This document shows positions 1-13,589 of a DNA stretch of 64,000 nt, one piece after another. The stretch spans positions 151,592,001 through 151,656,000 of the forward strand of contig CM059431.1 of the NCBI GenBank assembly GCA_030390025.1. Reading direction: 5' to 3'. Source of the DNA: Squalus acanthias. Its lineage: Eukaryota. The number at the start of each line of letters is the position of its first letter. Positions within the stretch are counted from its first letter, which is position 1. Below the pieces are notes generated by a model. It was given only the letters and a program-made list of their open reading frames with translations, did not search any database and was not told the origin of the DNA. Both the position numbers and the translations under genes were made by a program.

Positions 1-2972
1 CAGGGGAGGTGCCAGTGGACTGGAGAACAGCTAACGGAGCACCATTATTCAAGAAGGGGAGTAGGGATAATCCAGCGAATTACAGGCCAGTAAGCCTAAC
101 ATCACTGGTAGGGAAATTATTGGAAAATATTCTGAGGACTGAATCAGTCTCCACTTGGAAAGGCAAGAATTAATCAAGGACAGTCAGCATGGCTTCATCA
201 GGGGGAGATCAGGTCTAACCAATTAGATTGATTTTTTCGAGGGGGTGACTAGGTGTGTTGATGAGACTAGTGCATTTGATGTAGTCTACATGGACATCAG
301 TAAGGCTTTTGGCAAAGACCCACATGGGAGTCTGGTCAAGTAATTAAGCGCCAACTGGATCCAAGGCAATTAGTCACATTGGATCCAAAATTGGCTTAGT
401 GGTAGGAGGCAGAGTGTGATGGTCGAAGGTTGGTTTTTGTGACTGGTAGCCTGTGTCCAGTGCTGTACAGCAGGGATCGGTGCTGGGTCCTTTGCTGTTT
501 TCAGTGTACATTAATGCTTTAGATTTGAATGTAGGAGGCATGATCAGTAAGTTCGCAGCTGACACGAAAATTGGTGGAGTGGTAAATAGCAATAAGGGAA
601 GCCTCAGTCTCGAGGACGATATATATTTTTTGGTTAGATGGGCAGAACAGTGGCAAATGAAATTTAACCCTGAAAAGTGTGAGGTGATGCATTTTGGAAG
701 TACTAACAAGGCAATGGAATACACAATAAAATGTAGGACCTCAGGAGGGACAGAGGATCAGAGGGACCTTGGTGTGCATGTACATAGATCCCTGAAGGCA
801 GCAGGACAGGTAGATAACGTGGTTCATAAGGCATATGATATAGATGCCTTCATTAGCTGAGGCTTAGAATATAAGCGCAGGGAGGTCATGATGGAGCTGG
901 AGAAAACGCTAGTTCGGCCACAGCTGGAATACCGTGTGCAGTTCTGGTCGCCACACAATAGGAGGGATGTGATTGCATTGGAGAGGGTGCAGAGGAGATT
1001 CACCTGGATGTTACCTGGGCTGGAGCGGTTCAGCTATGAAGAGAGACTGGACAGGCTGGGGTTGTTTTCCTTCGAGCAGTGAAGGCTTGTACAGAAAATA
1101 GCCATATTCCAAAAGATACACCATCCTATGAACAGATTTCTGATATTTTTAATACATGTCAAACTGGGCTTAAAAGTCTGGAAAGCCTCGGTTACACAGG
1201 CTGCAAACACAATACAGGCTTTTGAGATAAAAACATTTAATAACAAAAGCTTTAAACACCAAACAAGCTTTGAAATGGGTATCGGTTTGTAAATACTAAG
1301 ACAAAGGCCTCATTGTAAAAAAGAGGGTTGTCGGTTCCAAGGAGACTACAGTTTGGAACAACGCAATACCATATCCCAATTTAAAGTGTTAAAATCTAAC
1401 ACGTCAAACAGGTGCACAGAACATTTAAAAAAACAACTGCCTTTGAAAAATGACATCAAGTAAAAGAAATACCTGCCGTAAAATAGTTTTATGTTAATCT
1501 TAGAACAAGGAGACATGATTCTTATTACAATCAATTGAACTGAATGAGAAATGCAAAAAACACCCTAGATGGAAAACTTTTGATTTAGAAATTGTAAAAG
1601 GTATAAACAAAACACGTTGAAGATATAATATCAGTAGAAGACAACAAGCAATCACATTGTGTTTGTATTGAATATTGAATAGTTAGGAGACACGACGTCT
1701 TCTCACAAGCAGTTAAGGTGATATTAAGAATTGAATAGAAAGACTTCCGAAGAATAGCATCAAATTGATAAATCGATAATAACCATAAAAATGATAAGTT
1801 TTTGAAACACCTATACAGCAGAAAGGATTCTAAAAGTTGGCAGCTGAAATGACAGTAAGAATAGAAATTAATTCAATAGAAAATTACGAGAGAAAATTAG
1901 CTTACATCAACAGAAAACGTCAAAGAATAAACCATGAAAAAAGGTATAAAAATAAAGCTTTTCAGATAGAGAGTCAGAAGTCGCTGGGAAGGAGCAGAGC
2001 GATTCTCGCCTTCAGAACCACTCTGTAGGCCTGCAACTCTGAGTCTCGGGTAATCAAGGTATTTGATTTTGGTGCATATTCTGGATTAAGAAACAAGTGG
2101 AAGTGTGGAAATGTAACGAAGTTAAGATCCGAGAATAAGGATCTCCGATAAGAAATGTAAGCTATTTGTATTTTCAACAGTTAAATTTACGATTGCCATT
2201 CCAGTTTTTAACTGATGGTCGGTTATTTAATAAATCTATATATTTTTAAAATTGTCTCACTGAGTAATTTATGTATCAATCTCGCGAACTCAATTTCTGT
2301 ACACTCTTCAGAGAGGAGTTGCAGAATTCTGGGGGGGTTTCCACACCCTCAAAATATACGGAAGGTTACAGTCTAGTTAAACTTGGTAAAATTGCTACCC
2401 GGAGGGCGGTAACATCTTCAGGCCGTTCCTTTCCTTTAGAGAGAGATAGTCTGAACCTGTACATCCAATTAAGCGTCCCTAGGATTCGGCTACCGCTAAC
2501 TTTATTTGAAGGTGAACGTCTGGGGAATACGTCTGATCTGGGGTACCCCGAAAAGGGCTAGAAATAGTAATTCTCCCTTCAGGCTGAGGGGAGACCTGAT
2601 TGAGGTGTACAAAATTATGAGGGGCATGGGTAGCTTAGATGGAAAGAAACTTTTCCCTTTAGTAGAGGGGTCAATAACCAGGGGGCACAGTTTAAATTTA
2701 AGGGGCAGGAGGTTTAGATGGGTTTGAGGAAAATATTTCTTCATCCAGTGGGTGTTTTGAATCTGGAACTCACTGCCTGAAAGATTGGTAGAGGCATGAA
2801 CCCTCACAACATTAATGAAGCATTTAGATGAGTACTTGAAACGCCATAGCATACAAGCTGCGGACCAAGGGCTGGAAAATGGGATTAGAATTGACAGGGC
2901 TTGATGGCCGGGGCGGGCACGATGGGCCGAAGGGCTTCTTTCTGTGCTGTATGATTCTATGCCTCTATGACT
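1..2972 (+). mobile_element. CR1 LINE 3' half (decayed ORF2 RT + 3'UTR), split by a solo LTR at 1088-2581
   Basis: ORF pieces with QGSVLGP, SKFAADTK (FADD), LVRPQLEY..QFWSPH and RLRGDLIEVYKIM; (ATGACTCT)-like tail near 2950-2972; sequence resumes exactly across the LTR. Confidence 0.92.
1088..2581 (+). mobile_element. Solo LTR (~1.5 kb)
   Basis: TG...CA termini (TGTACAG...CCCTTCA); 4-bp TSD GGCT (1084-1087 / 2582-2585); interrupts CR1 RT; TATA-like GGTATAAAA near 1943 and AATAAA near 2229. Confidence 0.85.
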
Positions 2973-5900
2973 CCATGAATTGAGGAGCTGGAGTTCGTGG
3001 TGATGACACTGTGACACATCAGGGAAGGAGAAAGTTACCTGGACCTTTTGCTTCAGGAGGCAGCCACACCCCGTAGATTAAATACTGTAGAATTGACACG
3101 TGGTCAGGAACAGGCGGGTGTGACTGCGAGTGAGGCAAGTACGGTGATCCAGGATTTAGTATTGCAGGAGCCTCAGTAACTGCACTTGTCCAATAGATTC
3201 GAGTTTCTTGCAACCCTTGTGGACAAGTGCGGGGAATGCGGGGAGAAAGTGCAAACTGACCACTGCACCGTGGTACAGGTAGACGTTCAAGTGTGGGGAG
3301 TAAAAAGGAATGTGGTTCTAGTAGGTGCCAGTATTGTTATTTGGATAGACACTGTTCTCAGCAGGCAGGAGCGTGACTCATGAAGGCTATGTTGCCTACC
3401 CGGTGCCAGGGTAAAAGACATGTCCTCCGGGCTGGAGAAGAACTTGGAGTTGGAGGGGGGGGGATCCAGTTGTCGTGGTCCACATAGGTACCAACGACAT
3501 AGGTAGGACAATGCAAGAGGTTCTGCTGAGAGAGTTTCAGCAGCTAGGGACTAAATTAAAAAGCAGAAGCATAAAGGTCATTAGGTCTGAATTATTACTG
3601 GAGCCACGAGCAAATTGGCATAGGATCAACATGATCAGGGAGATGTATGCGTGGCTCAAAGATTGGTGTGGGAGAAATGGGTTTCGATTCGTGGGACACT
3701 GGCACCGGTACTGGGAAAAGAGATGTTCCGTTGGGACGGACTACACCTGAGCCATGCTGGGACCACAGTTCTAGCGAATCGAATCACTAGTGAGGTAGAT
3801 AGGACTTTCAAATAAATAAGTGGTGGGGAGAGGGTCCCGGTGGAGAAAACTCTGGAATCGTAACGAGAAAAGACAAGGAAGCAGTGCAGGAAAGTGATTG
3901 GGGTAAGGGTAATCAGATTGTCTCACGAAGGATCAGAGCGTACAAACAAAGGAGTGCACTAACTAATAGGGTCCGGGTAAGATAACATGTTAAGACAAGT
4001 ATGGCCACAGTACAAAAAAAGTTAAGTCGTTTAAAAAAAAATTAAAAAAACAGTCTAAAGGCACTGTATCTGAATGCACGAAGCATTCGAATTAAAATAG
4101 ACGAATTATCAACGCAAATAGATGTAAACGGATACGATATGATTGCGCTTACAGAGACATGGCTGCAGGGTGACCAAGCCTGGGAGCTGAACATTCAAGG
4201 ATATTCGATATATAGGAAGAACAGGCAAAAAGAAAAAGGAGGTTGGGTGGCGTTGTAAGTAAAGGATGAAATCCGAGCAAGAGCGAGAAAGAATATTGGA
4301 TCAGAAAATCAAAATGTATGATCAGTCTGGGTGGAGCTTAGAATCACCAAGGGGCAGAAAACATTGGTGGGAGTCTTCTATAGGCATTCAAAGAGTAGTG
4401 GTAATGTAGGGGTGGCACCAAACAGGAAAATAGAGATGCATGTAACAAGGGTACTGCAGTAATTATGGGTGACTTTAATCTACCTATAGACTGGCCAAAC
4501 CAAATTAGCAATAATACTGTGGAGGATGAATTCCTGGAGTGTGTACGAGATGTTTTTTTGGAGCAGTACGTTGAGGAGTTAACTAGGGTACAGGCTATCC
4601 TGGATTGGAAATTGTGCAATGAGAAGATGTTAATTAATAATCGTGTTGTGCGGTCTCCTTTAGGGAAGATTGACCATAACATGAAAGCATTCTTCAATAA
4701 GATGGAAAGTGAAAAATTCAATCCGAAACTAGGGTCCTAAATCTAAACAAAGGAAATTACGAAGGTATTTTGAGTGAGTTGTCTATGATAGATTGGGAAG
4801 TTGCATTAAAAGGCATGACGGAGGCTAGGCAATGGCTAACATTTGAGGAAGAATGCATGAATTGCAACAGTTATACATTCCTTTCGGGCGCAAAAACACA
4901 AAAGGAAAAGCAGCCAAACAATGGCTAACAAAATAAATTAAGTAAAGTATTTGATCTAATGAGAAGTTATATAATGTTGCCAAAAAAGTAGCAAGCCTGA
5001 GGATTAGGAGCAGTTTAGATTTCAGCAAAACTGACCAAGTGATGGATTAAGCGGGGGAATATAATGTATGAGAGTAAACTTGCAAGGAACTTAAAAGCAG
5101 AGTGTTAAAGCTTTTACAAGTATGTAAAAAGAAAAAGATTAGTGAAGACAAATGTAAGTCCCTTACACTTAGAAATAGGAACATTTATAAAGGGAACAAG
5201 GACATGGCAGAGCAATTGAACAAATACTTTGCTTCTGACTTCGTGGAAGAGGACACAAATAACTTCCCAGAAATGCTAGGGAACCAAGGGCCTAGTGAGA
5301 AGCAGGATTTAAAGGAAATTAGTATCAGTAAAATAACAGTGCTGGGGAAATTAATTGGTCTGAAATCCGAAAACTCCCCAGGGCCTGATGATTTGAATCC
5401 CAGATTACTGAAAGAGGCAGCCATGGAAATAGTGGCTGCATTGCTTGTCATCTTCAAAAATTGTATAGAATATGGAACTGATCCCGCAGATTGGTGGGTG
5501 GCAAATATAACCCCACTATTTAAAAAAACAATTAGAGAGAAAACAGGGAACAACAGACTGGTTAGCCTAGCAGCAGTAGTAGGGAGAATGCTAGAGTCTA
5601 TTAGAAAAGGATGTGATAACAGGACACTTAGAAAATATCAACGCGATTAGACAAAGTCAACATGGATTTATGAAAGGGAAATCGTGTTTGACAAGCTTAC
5701 TGGAAGTTTTTGAGGATGTAACTGGTAGAATAGGTAAGGGAGAACCAGTGGATGTGGTGTATTTGGATTTTCAGAAGGCCTTTTAAAAAGTCCCAAACAA
5801 GAGTGAAGGGATAATTACTACTAGTCCTAGCCCCTTTAGGGCTACTCCGGATCAGGCATATTTATCAGATGTTCACTTTCAACAAAATGTTGAGGTAGCC

Positions 5901-8092
5901 GAATCCTAAAGACGCTTAATTGGATCTAAAATTCCGGGCTATCTCTCCCTAAAGGAAAGGAACAACCCAAGAATGTTACCGTCCTCCAGATAGCACTTTT
6001 AATAAGTTTAGCTGGGCTGTAACGTTCTGGATATCATGAGGGTCCGGAAAACTCCCCCAGAATTCTGCAAATTCTCACCAAAGAGTGTACAGAGATTGAG
6101 TTCGCGAGTTTTTAATAGAGATGTCTTATATGAGACAATTCTAAAAATATTAAGATTTCTTAAAGAACCGACATGCAATTTACAGTTGGTGAGTCAATCA
6201 ATCGCAACATTAACCATTCTAAAAAGAGAAAACATACGATCATATTAATGGTGAATCTTATTTTCAAATCTTAACTTCCCAACAGTATTACAGTTCTTAA
6301 AGTTCTTTTACAGGATATCCACCAATATGAAATACCTTTGATCGCTCAGGTACAAAGAGTTGGAGACTACAGAGCCGCCTCTGAAGCTGAGAATTGCTTT
6401 GCCCGATTAAAGCGATTCTGTTATCCCATTTGAGAGTTTAATACTTATACCCTTTTCCAGTGGTATTTCCTTTAAGGATTTCTGCTGTTGCAAGCTAACT
6501 ATCACTGGTCATTTTTCTGCTGACCTCTGCAAGTCTTGCTGACACATCCGCTGGCAGCATTACAGAATCTTGTCTCATCTCTAGGTGTTCTAAGTTTACC
6601 ATATAAAAATCGGGTGACAGCAGGTGTTCCATACTTTATGTCATCTTTACGAGTGCAGATGTTCCTTGGATTATGTGCTTCTTTACGAAGTGTAAATTAG
6701 AAGACCTTATCCAGGCTGAAGATTTTTTCGTTGCCAAAAGTTCAGCTTGTCAGAGCCCTTCACTTTCTGTTTCAATAAGGTGATTTATTGCAGGGTCAAC
6801 AACAGTCTTATCTCAATAGCCAGAATGCTTTCATAGCTATTTCATAGTTCGGTTTCTAAATTTCCGAACCCAGTTTGTCATGTTTTAATAAGGCCAGAAT
6901 TCTTTCATATGATAGTTTACTTTTCTGAATAGGTTTAATGGCTTAATCATTCACAAGGGGTTAGTGTGCAAATTTAAAGCACATGGGATTGGGGTAATAT
7001 ACTGGCATCGATTGAAAATTGGTTAACAGACAGGATACAGAGAGTAGGAACAAATGGGTCTTTTTCGGGGAGATTTGCGGTAACTAGTGGGGTAGCAGAG
7101 GGATCAGTGCTTGGGCCCCAGCTATTCACAATATATATCAATGATTTGGATGAGGGAACCTAATGTAATATTTCCAAATTTGCTGACGATACGAAACTAG
7201 CTGGAATTGTGAGTTGTGAGGAGGATGCAAAGTGGCTCAAGGCGACTTATACAAGTTGACTGAGTAGGCAAATACATGGCAGATGCAGTATAATGTGGAT
7301 AAATGTGAAGTTATTCACTTCGCTAGGAAAAAGAAAGGTAGAGCATTTTTTAAATGAAGATTGATTGTGAAATGTTGATATCGAGAGGGATTTGGGTGTC
7401 CTAGTACACCAGTCATTGAAAGCAAAGCAGTTAGGAAGGCACATCGTATGTTGGCCTTCATTGCAAGAGGATTTGAGCAGAGGAGATAGGATGCCTTACG
7501 ACAGTAAAACAGGGCCTTTGTGAGACCACAGCTGAGTACAGTGTGCAGTTTCGGTCTCCTTACCTAAGACAGCATATACTTGCCATAGAGGGAGTGCAGC
7601 GAATGTTCACCAGTTTGATTCCTGGGATGGCAGGACTGACGTATGGTAGAGAGATTGGGTCGACTAGGCGTGTATTCACTAGAGTTTAGAAGAATGAGAG
7701 GGGATCTCATTGAAAAGTATAAAATTCTGAGAAGGCTAGACAGTCAGGATGCAGGGGATATGTTTCCACTGGCTGGGGACTCCAGAACGAGGGGGTCACA
7801 GTCTCAGGATACGGGGTAGGTCTTTTCAGACTGAGATGAGGAGTAATAACTTCACTCAGAGATTGGTGAAGCTGTCGAATTCTCCACCACAGAAGACTGT
7901 GGAAGCCAAGTCATTGAATATATTTACGAAGGGGATAGACAGATTTCTAGACACAGACGGCATCGAGTAGTATGGGGAGAGAGCGGGAATATGGTATTGA
8001 GATAGCTAATCAGCCATGATCACATTGAATGGCGGAGCAGGCTCGAAAGTCCGAATGGCCTACTCCTGCTATTATTTTTCTATGTTTCTATG
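2973..8092 (+). mobile_element. CR1 LINE, decayed: ORF1 esterase region + ORF2 APE endonuclease/RT, split by a solo LTR at 5804-6955
   Basis: VHIGTNDIG (SGNH esterase), YLNARSI, MGDFNLP, SPGPDD, ANITPLFKK fragments; HER1/HE1-like tail ending (TTTCTATG)n. Confidence 0.9.
5804..6955 (-). mobile_element. Solo LTR (~1.15 kb), related to the 1088-2581 LTR, opposite orientation
   Basis: TG...CA termini; TSD AGAG/AGGG (1 mismatch); first ~300 bp align with the reverse complement of the 3' end of the 1088-2581 element; CR1 sequence GTCCCAAACAAGAG|GTTAGTGTGC resumes across it. Confidence 0.82.
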
Positions 8093-8545
8093 ATAGGACA
8101 CGCTTGATAATTGATAATACACGCTGGATAATTGATAATTTCTGCTTCATAATTGATAGGATACGCTTGATAATTTATAGGACACGATTGATAATTGATT
8201 ATACACGATTGGTAATTGATAATACACGCTTGATAATTAATACTTCACGCTTGATAATTGAGTGGACATGCTTGATAATTGATAATACACGATTGATAAT
8301 TGAAAATACCAGCTGGATAATTGTTTGGACATAATTGATAATTCATAATACACGCTTGATTGTTGATAATACACGCTTTGTAATTGTTAATATACGCTTG
8401 ATAATTGATAATACCCGCTTGATAATTGGTAGGACAGGTTTGATAATTGATAAGAGATGAAGTATAATTAATAATACAAGCTTAATAATTGAAAGGACTT
8501 GCATGATAATTGATAATACACGCTTGATAAATAATAGTACATGCA
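8090..8545. repeat. Minisatellite, ~21-bp unit (TTGATAATTGATAATACACGC), about 21 degenerate copies
   Basis: Tandem repeat directly visible; produces 7-aa periodic ORFs on both strands. Confidence 0.93.
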
Positions 8546-8614
8546 TGAGGGAAGAATATAACGAGGAATGTCCAGTTTTTGATGAATTCACACCCTCGGT
8601 CCACAGATACAGCA

Positions 8615-11372
8615 TTTTTTTTATTCGTTTATGTTATGTAGGCGTCGCTGGTAAGGCCAGCACATATTGCACACCCTATTTGCCCTTGAGAAAGTGGTGG
8701 TGTGTCGCCTTCTTGAACCGATGCAGACCGTGTGGTGAAGGTACTCCCACAGTGCTATTAGGGAGGGAGTTCCAGTTATTTGACCCAGCAACGATGAAGC
8801 ATCGACAATATATTTCTAAGTCAGGATGGTGTGTGACTTGGAGGATAACTTGGAGTTGGTGGTGTTCCCATGGGCCTGCTGCCCTTGCCCTTCCAGATGG
8901 AAGAGGTCGCTGGATTGAGAGTTGCTGCAGAAGAAGCTTTGGCGAGTTGCTGCACTGCGTCTTTTAGATGGTACACACTGCAGTCATGGTACGCTGGTGG
9001 TGGATGGAGTGAATGTATAAGATGGTGGATGGGGTGCCAATCAAGCGGGCTGATTTATCCTGCTTTTTGAGCTTCTTGAGTGCTGTTGGAGCTGCACTGA
9101 TCCAAGGCAAGTGGAGAGTATTCTATCACACACTTTACTTGCGCCTTGTAGATAGTGGAAAGGCTTTAGGGAGTCAGGAGGTGAGACACTCGCCGCAGAA
9201 TACCCAGCCTCTGACCTGCTCTTGTTGCCACAGTATTTATGTGGCTGGTCCAGTTAATTTTCTGGACAATGGTGAGCTCCAGGATGTTGATGGTGGTGTG
9301 TTCGGCGGTGGTAATACCGTTGGATGACAAGGGAAGGTGGTTAGACTCTCGTTTGTTGGAGATAGTCATTGCCTGGCACTTCTGTGGCACGAATGTTACC
9401 TGCCACTTATCAGCCCAAGCCTGATCGTCGCCCAGATCTTGTTGCTTTCGGGGATGGACTGCTTCATTATCTGAGGGAAATAAAAGCAAAATACTGCGTA
9501 TGATGGAAATCTAAAATAAAAACAGAAAATGCTGGAAATACTCAGCAGGTAAGACAGCACCTGTGGAGTCCACTCCTCTATGACCCCCAAAACTCCTTCC
9601 ACTTCGCCCGGCACCTTCACTTGTAAGCGCAGGAGATGCAACACACGCCCTTTACCTCCTCCCGTCCCACTGTGCAGGGGCCCAAATGTTCCGTGCAAGG
9701 TAAACAGCGATTTACCTGTTCTTCTTCAATTTATTGAATTGTATTCACTGCTCACGATGCAGTCTCGTCTACATTTGGGAGACGGAACGCAGAATGGGTG
9801 ACTGCTTTGCGGAACACCTCCATTCAGTCAGTAAGAATGGTCCCGAACTTCCGGTCGCCTGTCTCTTTAATTCTCCGCTCCACTCCCACTATGACCTCTC
9901 CGTCTACGGCCTCTTACACTGTTCCAATGAAGCGCAACGTAAGCTCGAGGAACAGCACCTAATCTTTCGATTAAGCACTTTAAAGCCTTCTGGACTCAAC
10001 ATCGAGTTCAACAATTTCAGTCCATAATCTCTGCCCCGATGTTTTTTCCCATTTTTTCTCTCTCTTTATTGGCAGCTGTCGAACATTCAGCCATTGTCAT
10101 TTGCAATTCATCTGGACCCATCTTATGTTTATTAACTTGTCCCATCACCATCTCCTTTTGCCTTGCACCAACATCCCTTGTGTCTCTTCATCTCTCCTGA
10201 CTTCCATCCTATCAAAGACCTTCCCTTTTGTTCTTTCCTCCCATCCCCACTTTCCCAGGCCCTATACTTGCTTAAAAGCCTGTTTAGCTCCAGCTTTTTC
10301 CAATTCTGACGAAGGTTCATCGACCTGAAACGTTTATTTTTGTTTCTCCCTCCACATTTGCCCTAAGGAACTGCTGCAGCGATGTCCTGCGGCTGTGATG
10401 ATTGACATTAAAAGTGCCGTTTGATAGCACTTTCGATGACATCTTCCATCACTTTGCTGATAATTCAGAGTGGACTCATGGGGTGGTAAATAGCCGGGTT
10501 GGATTTGTCCTGTTATTGTGGACAGGACATACCTGGGCACTTTTCTACATTGTCGTTTTTTTGCCAGTGCTGCAGCTGTTCTGTAGCAGCTTGGCTGGAG
10601 GCGTGGCTAGTTCTGGAGCACAAGTCTTCAGCACGATAGCCGGGATGGTATCGGGGTCCACAGCCTTTGTTGTATCCTGTGCGCTCAGCCATTTCTTGAT
10701 ATCACGTGGAGTGAATCGAATTGGCAGAAAGACTGGCTTCTGCGATGGTTGGGACCTCAGGAATAGACTGATAGGGATTATCCACGCGGCACTTCTGCCT
10801 GAAGATGTTTGCAAACCCTTCAACCTTGTCTTTTGCACTCAGTTGCTGGGCTCCACCATCATTGAGGATGGGGATATTCATGGAGCTATCTCCTCTCGTT
10901 AGTTGTTTAATGATCCACCACCATTCACGACTGGATGTGGCAGGACTGCAGAACTTTGATATGATCCGTTGATTGTGGGATCTCTTAACCCTGTCTACAG
11001 CCTGCTGCTTTCGAATTTGCGACAGGTAGATTGGTGAGGATGAGATAGATTTTTCCCTCGTGTTGGTTTTCTCATCATCTGTGGCCGGCCCAGACTGGCA
11101 GCTATGTCCTTCAGGACTCGGCCAGCTCGGTCAGCAGTGGTGCTACCGAGCCACTCTTGGTGATGGACATTGAAGTCCCCCACCCAGAGTGCATTCTGTG
11201 CCTTTGCCAATCTCAGTGCTTCTTCCAAGTGATGTTCAATATGAAGAGTATTGATTTATCAGCTGAGGAAGGGCAGTAGGTGGTCATCAGCAGGAGGTTT
11301 CCTTGCTCATGCTTGTCCTGAATCCATGAGACTTCATGGGGTCCGGCGTCAATGTTGTGGTGTCTCAGGGCC
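8615..11372 (-). mobile_element. Non-LTR retrotransposon of a second CR1-clade family (decayed ORF2), interrupted by a Penelope-like element
   Basis: Minus-strand fragments VGDFNVHHQEWLGS (APE), LKTCAPELATP, WADKWQVTF, RLGILRRV; homologous to 41505-43820. Confidence 0.85.
9478..10354 (+). mobile_element. Penelope-like element, 5'-truncated (decayed GIY-YIG endonuclease + terminal repeat)
   Basis: GTFTCKRRRCNT, CSRCSLVYIWET and RKLEEQHLIFRL match the ORF at 32139-33554; inverted terminal-repeat piece at the 5' end; CTGACGA..GAAAC hammerhead-like core near 10306-10333. Confidence 0.88.
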
Positions 11373-11782
11373 ATTATTTTATGCTGATCTTTCCTGCTGT
11401 CTCAACAAAACTTATTAATGTGTTTATTTTCCAATGGCATTGCTTTCAAGTGTAATTTGTCGCTCTATTATTGGATTTATCCGACATTAAACTGTTTTAC
11501 AGCATTCTGATCATTCCTCTGCAACATGCAATCATTCCTTTACTACTTTTAGCTGCAGAAATTAAAATATCATGATAGACATCAAAAACCTTGTTATTAT
11601 TCTGTGATACTGTATAATCTTTCATCATTTATTAGATTCAGAAATTAAAGTTCATTATGTCGCTCATGACATATGTTAATCTATTAAACTTCAAAAACTA
11701 TTCAAGAAATGCCATCCTTAAAATTTTCCACGAATAGTAAATACACAAATCCTCTTCATGGGATCATAGAATCATGAAACCT

Positions 11783-11925
11783 TCGGAGTCAGATGTGCAG
11801 AATTCCAATGTAGGACTTCAATCAGAAATATGGGCTGATACTTCAGTGCAGGACTGAGCGAGTGCAGCATTTTTAGAGACAATGTGCGTTGAATGAAATT
11901 TTTAAAGCGGGACCAATCTGAACGC
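11783..11925 (+). mobile_element. Degenerate DeuSINE-like (SacSINE1-type) fragment
   Basis: GCTGATACTTCAGTGCAGGACTGAGCGAGTGCAGCA resembles the Deu-domain core as remembered; paralog at ~51790-51945. Confidence 0.5.
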
Positions 11926-11989
11926 TGTCAGTGTCTGTGTGGGAGAAATGTAAGCCGTTGAAAGCTGTAGCACAGAATTGAATGCACGA

Positions 11990-12063
11990 ACACACATAGC
12001 TCAGTCGGAAAACTATGAAACTTTTAATCTGATGGATACGCGGTTCAAGTCCTTGTACAGGTG
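11990..12063 (+). pseudogene. Degenerate tRNA-Lys(UUU) copy
   Basis: TAGCTCAGTCGG (A box), ACTTTTAATCTGA anticodon arm, GGTTCAAGTCC (B box), then CTGCTTTT; stems mismatched. Confidence 0.75.
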
Positions 12064-12199
12064 CTGCTTTTGAACAGGACACCTTTCTATTGGGTCAGGA
12101 GACAATATGGGGCGGAGTTGATGGAGGACCAGCGCCTGCAACATTCATGCCATGATTACAGAAGAATTACAGATAACCACCATTATAAAACCGTTCATT

Positions 12200-12770
12200 G
12201 TTTCAACACTAAAGTTATGATGAACATGTGTAAAACACTGGATAGGCCTCAACTGGAGTATTGTGTCCAATTTTGTACTCCGCACTTTAAGAAGGATGTT
12301 AAAGCTTTGCGAGGGTTCAGGAAAGATTGACAAGTATGGTTCCAGTGATGAGCGACTTCAGTTGGGTGGATAGCCTGGAGAAGCTGGGGTTGTTCTCCTT
12401 ACAGCAGAGAAGGTTGAGAGGAGATTTGATAGACGCGTTCAAAATCATGAGGGTTCTAGACAGAGTTGATAGTGAGAAACTGTTCGGATCGGCAGAAGGG
12501 TCCAGAACCAGAGGGCACAGATTTAAGGTGATTGACAGAAGAACCAAAGATGACATGAGGAAAACGTTTTTTTACACAGCTTTTGGTTAGGATCTGGAAT
12601 GCACTGCCTGAGAGAGGGGTGGAGGCAGATTGAATCGTGGCTTTCAAAACGGAATTGAATAAGTACCTGAAGGAACAAAATTATAGGGTTGTGGGTAAAG
12701 GGCGGGGGAGTGGGGCTTGCTGAAGTGCTGTTGCAAGGAGCCGGAACATGCCTCCTTCTGTGCTGTAATG
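12200..12770 (+). mobile_element. CR1 LINE 3' fragment
   Basis: RPQLEYCVQF, LGLFSLQQRRLRGDLI, RTRGHRFKV. Confidence 0.85.
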
Positions 12771-12779
12771 AGTCTGCGA

Positions 12780-13480
12780 ACATGTATCCGCAGCATAACA
12801 AAGACCGCCTATTTCCACCTCCTTAACATTGCTCGTCTCCGCTCTTGCCTCAGCTCATCTGCTGCTAAACACTCATCCATGCCTTTATAACATTTAGACT
12901 TTATTATTCCAACGCAATCCTGGCTGGCCTCCCACATTCTGAACAACATAAAACTGAGGTCATTCAATACTCTGCTGCCCGTGTGCTAACTCGCACCAAG
13001 TCCCGTTCCCCCATCACTCCTGTGCTCACTGACCGACACTGGCACCCGGTTAAGCAATGCCTCATTTACAAAATTCTCATAATTGTTTTCAAATCTCTCC
13101 TTGGCCTAGCCCCTTCCAAACTCTGTAACCTCGTTCAGCCCCACAACACCCGCCCCACAGATATCTGCTCTCCACTAATTCTGCCCTCTTGAGCATCCCT
13201 GATTATAATCGCTCAACAATTGGTGGCCGTGCCTTCTGTTGCCTTGGCCGTAAACTCTGAAATTCCCTCTCTAAACCTCTCTGCCTCGCAGAGCTCCTTC
13301 ATCCTTTAAGATGCTCCTTAAAACATACATCTTTGACAAAGCTTTAGGTCACCTGCCCTAATTGCTCCTCATGTGGCTGGGTATCAAATTCGTTGTCTTA
13401 TAATACTCCTGTGCAGCGCCTCAGGGCGACGTATTACGTTAAAGGCGCTATATAAATACAAGTTGTTGTTGTTGTTGTTG
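12780..13480 (+). mobile_element. L2 LINE 3' fragment
   Basis: SPITPVLTDRHWHPVKQ (L2 ITPVL..LHWLP motif); ends GGCGCTATATAAATACAAG(TTG)n. Confidence 0.85.
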
Positions 13481-13589
13481 TAGCCATTCCATGATTCTAT
13501 GTTAAAGGAAACTTTATCGGTTATTTAAGCTGGGGCGTCTAATTCCAGTACCTGCAATGTAAGGCAGTTAACGCTGATGTCCACATGTT

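Noticed and set aside
8029..8615. Repetitive ORFs (RLIIDNT)n and their antisense; possible CRISPR-like array
   Set aside because: By-product of a 21-bp tandem repeat; no unique spacers, no cas genes, eukaryotic context
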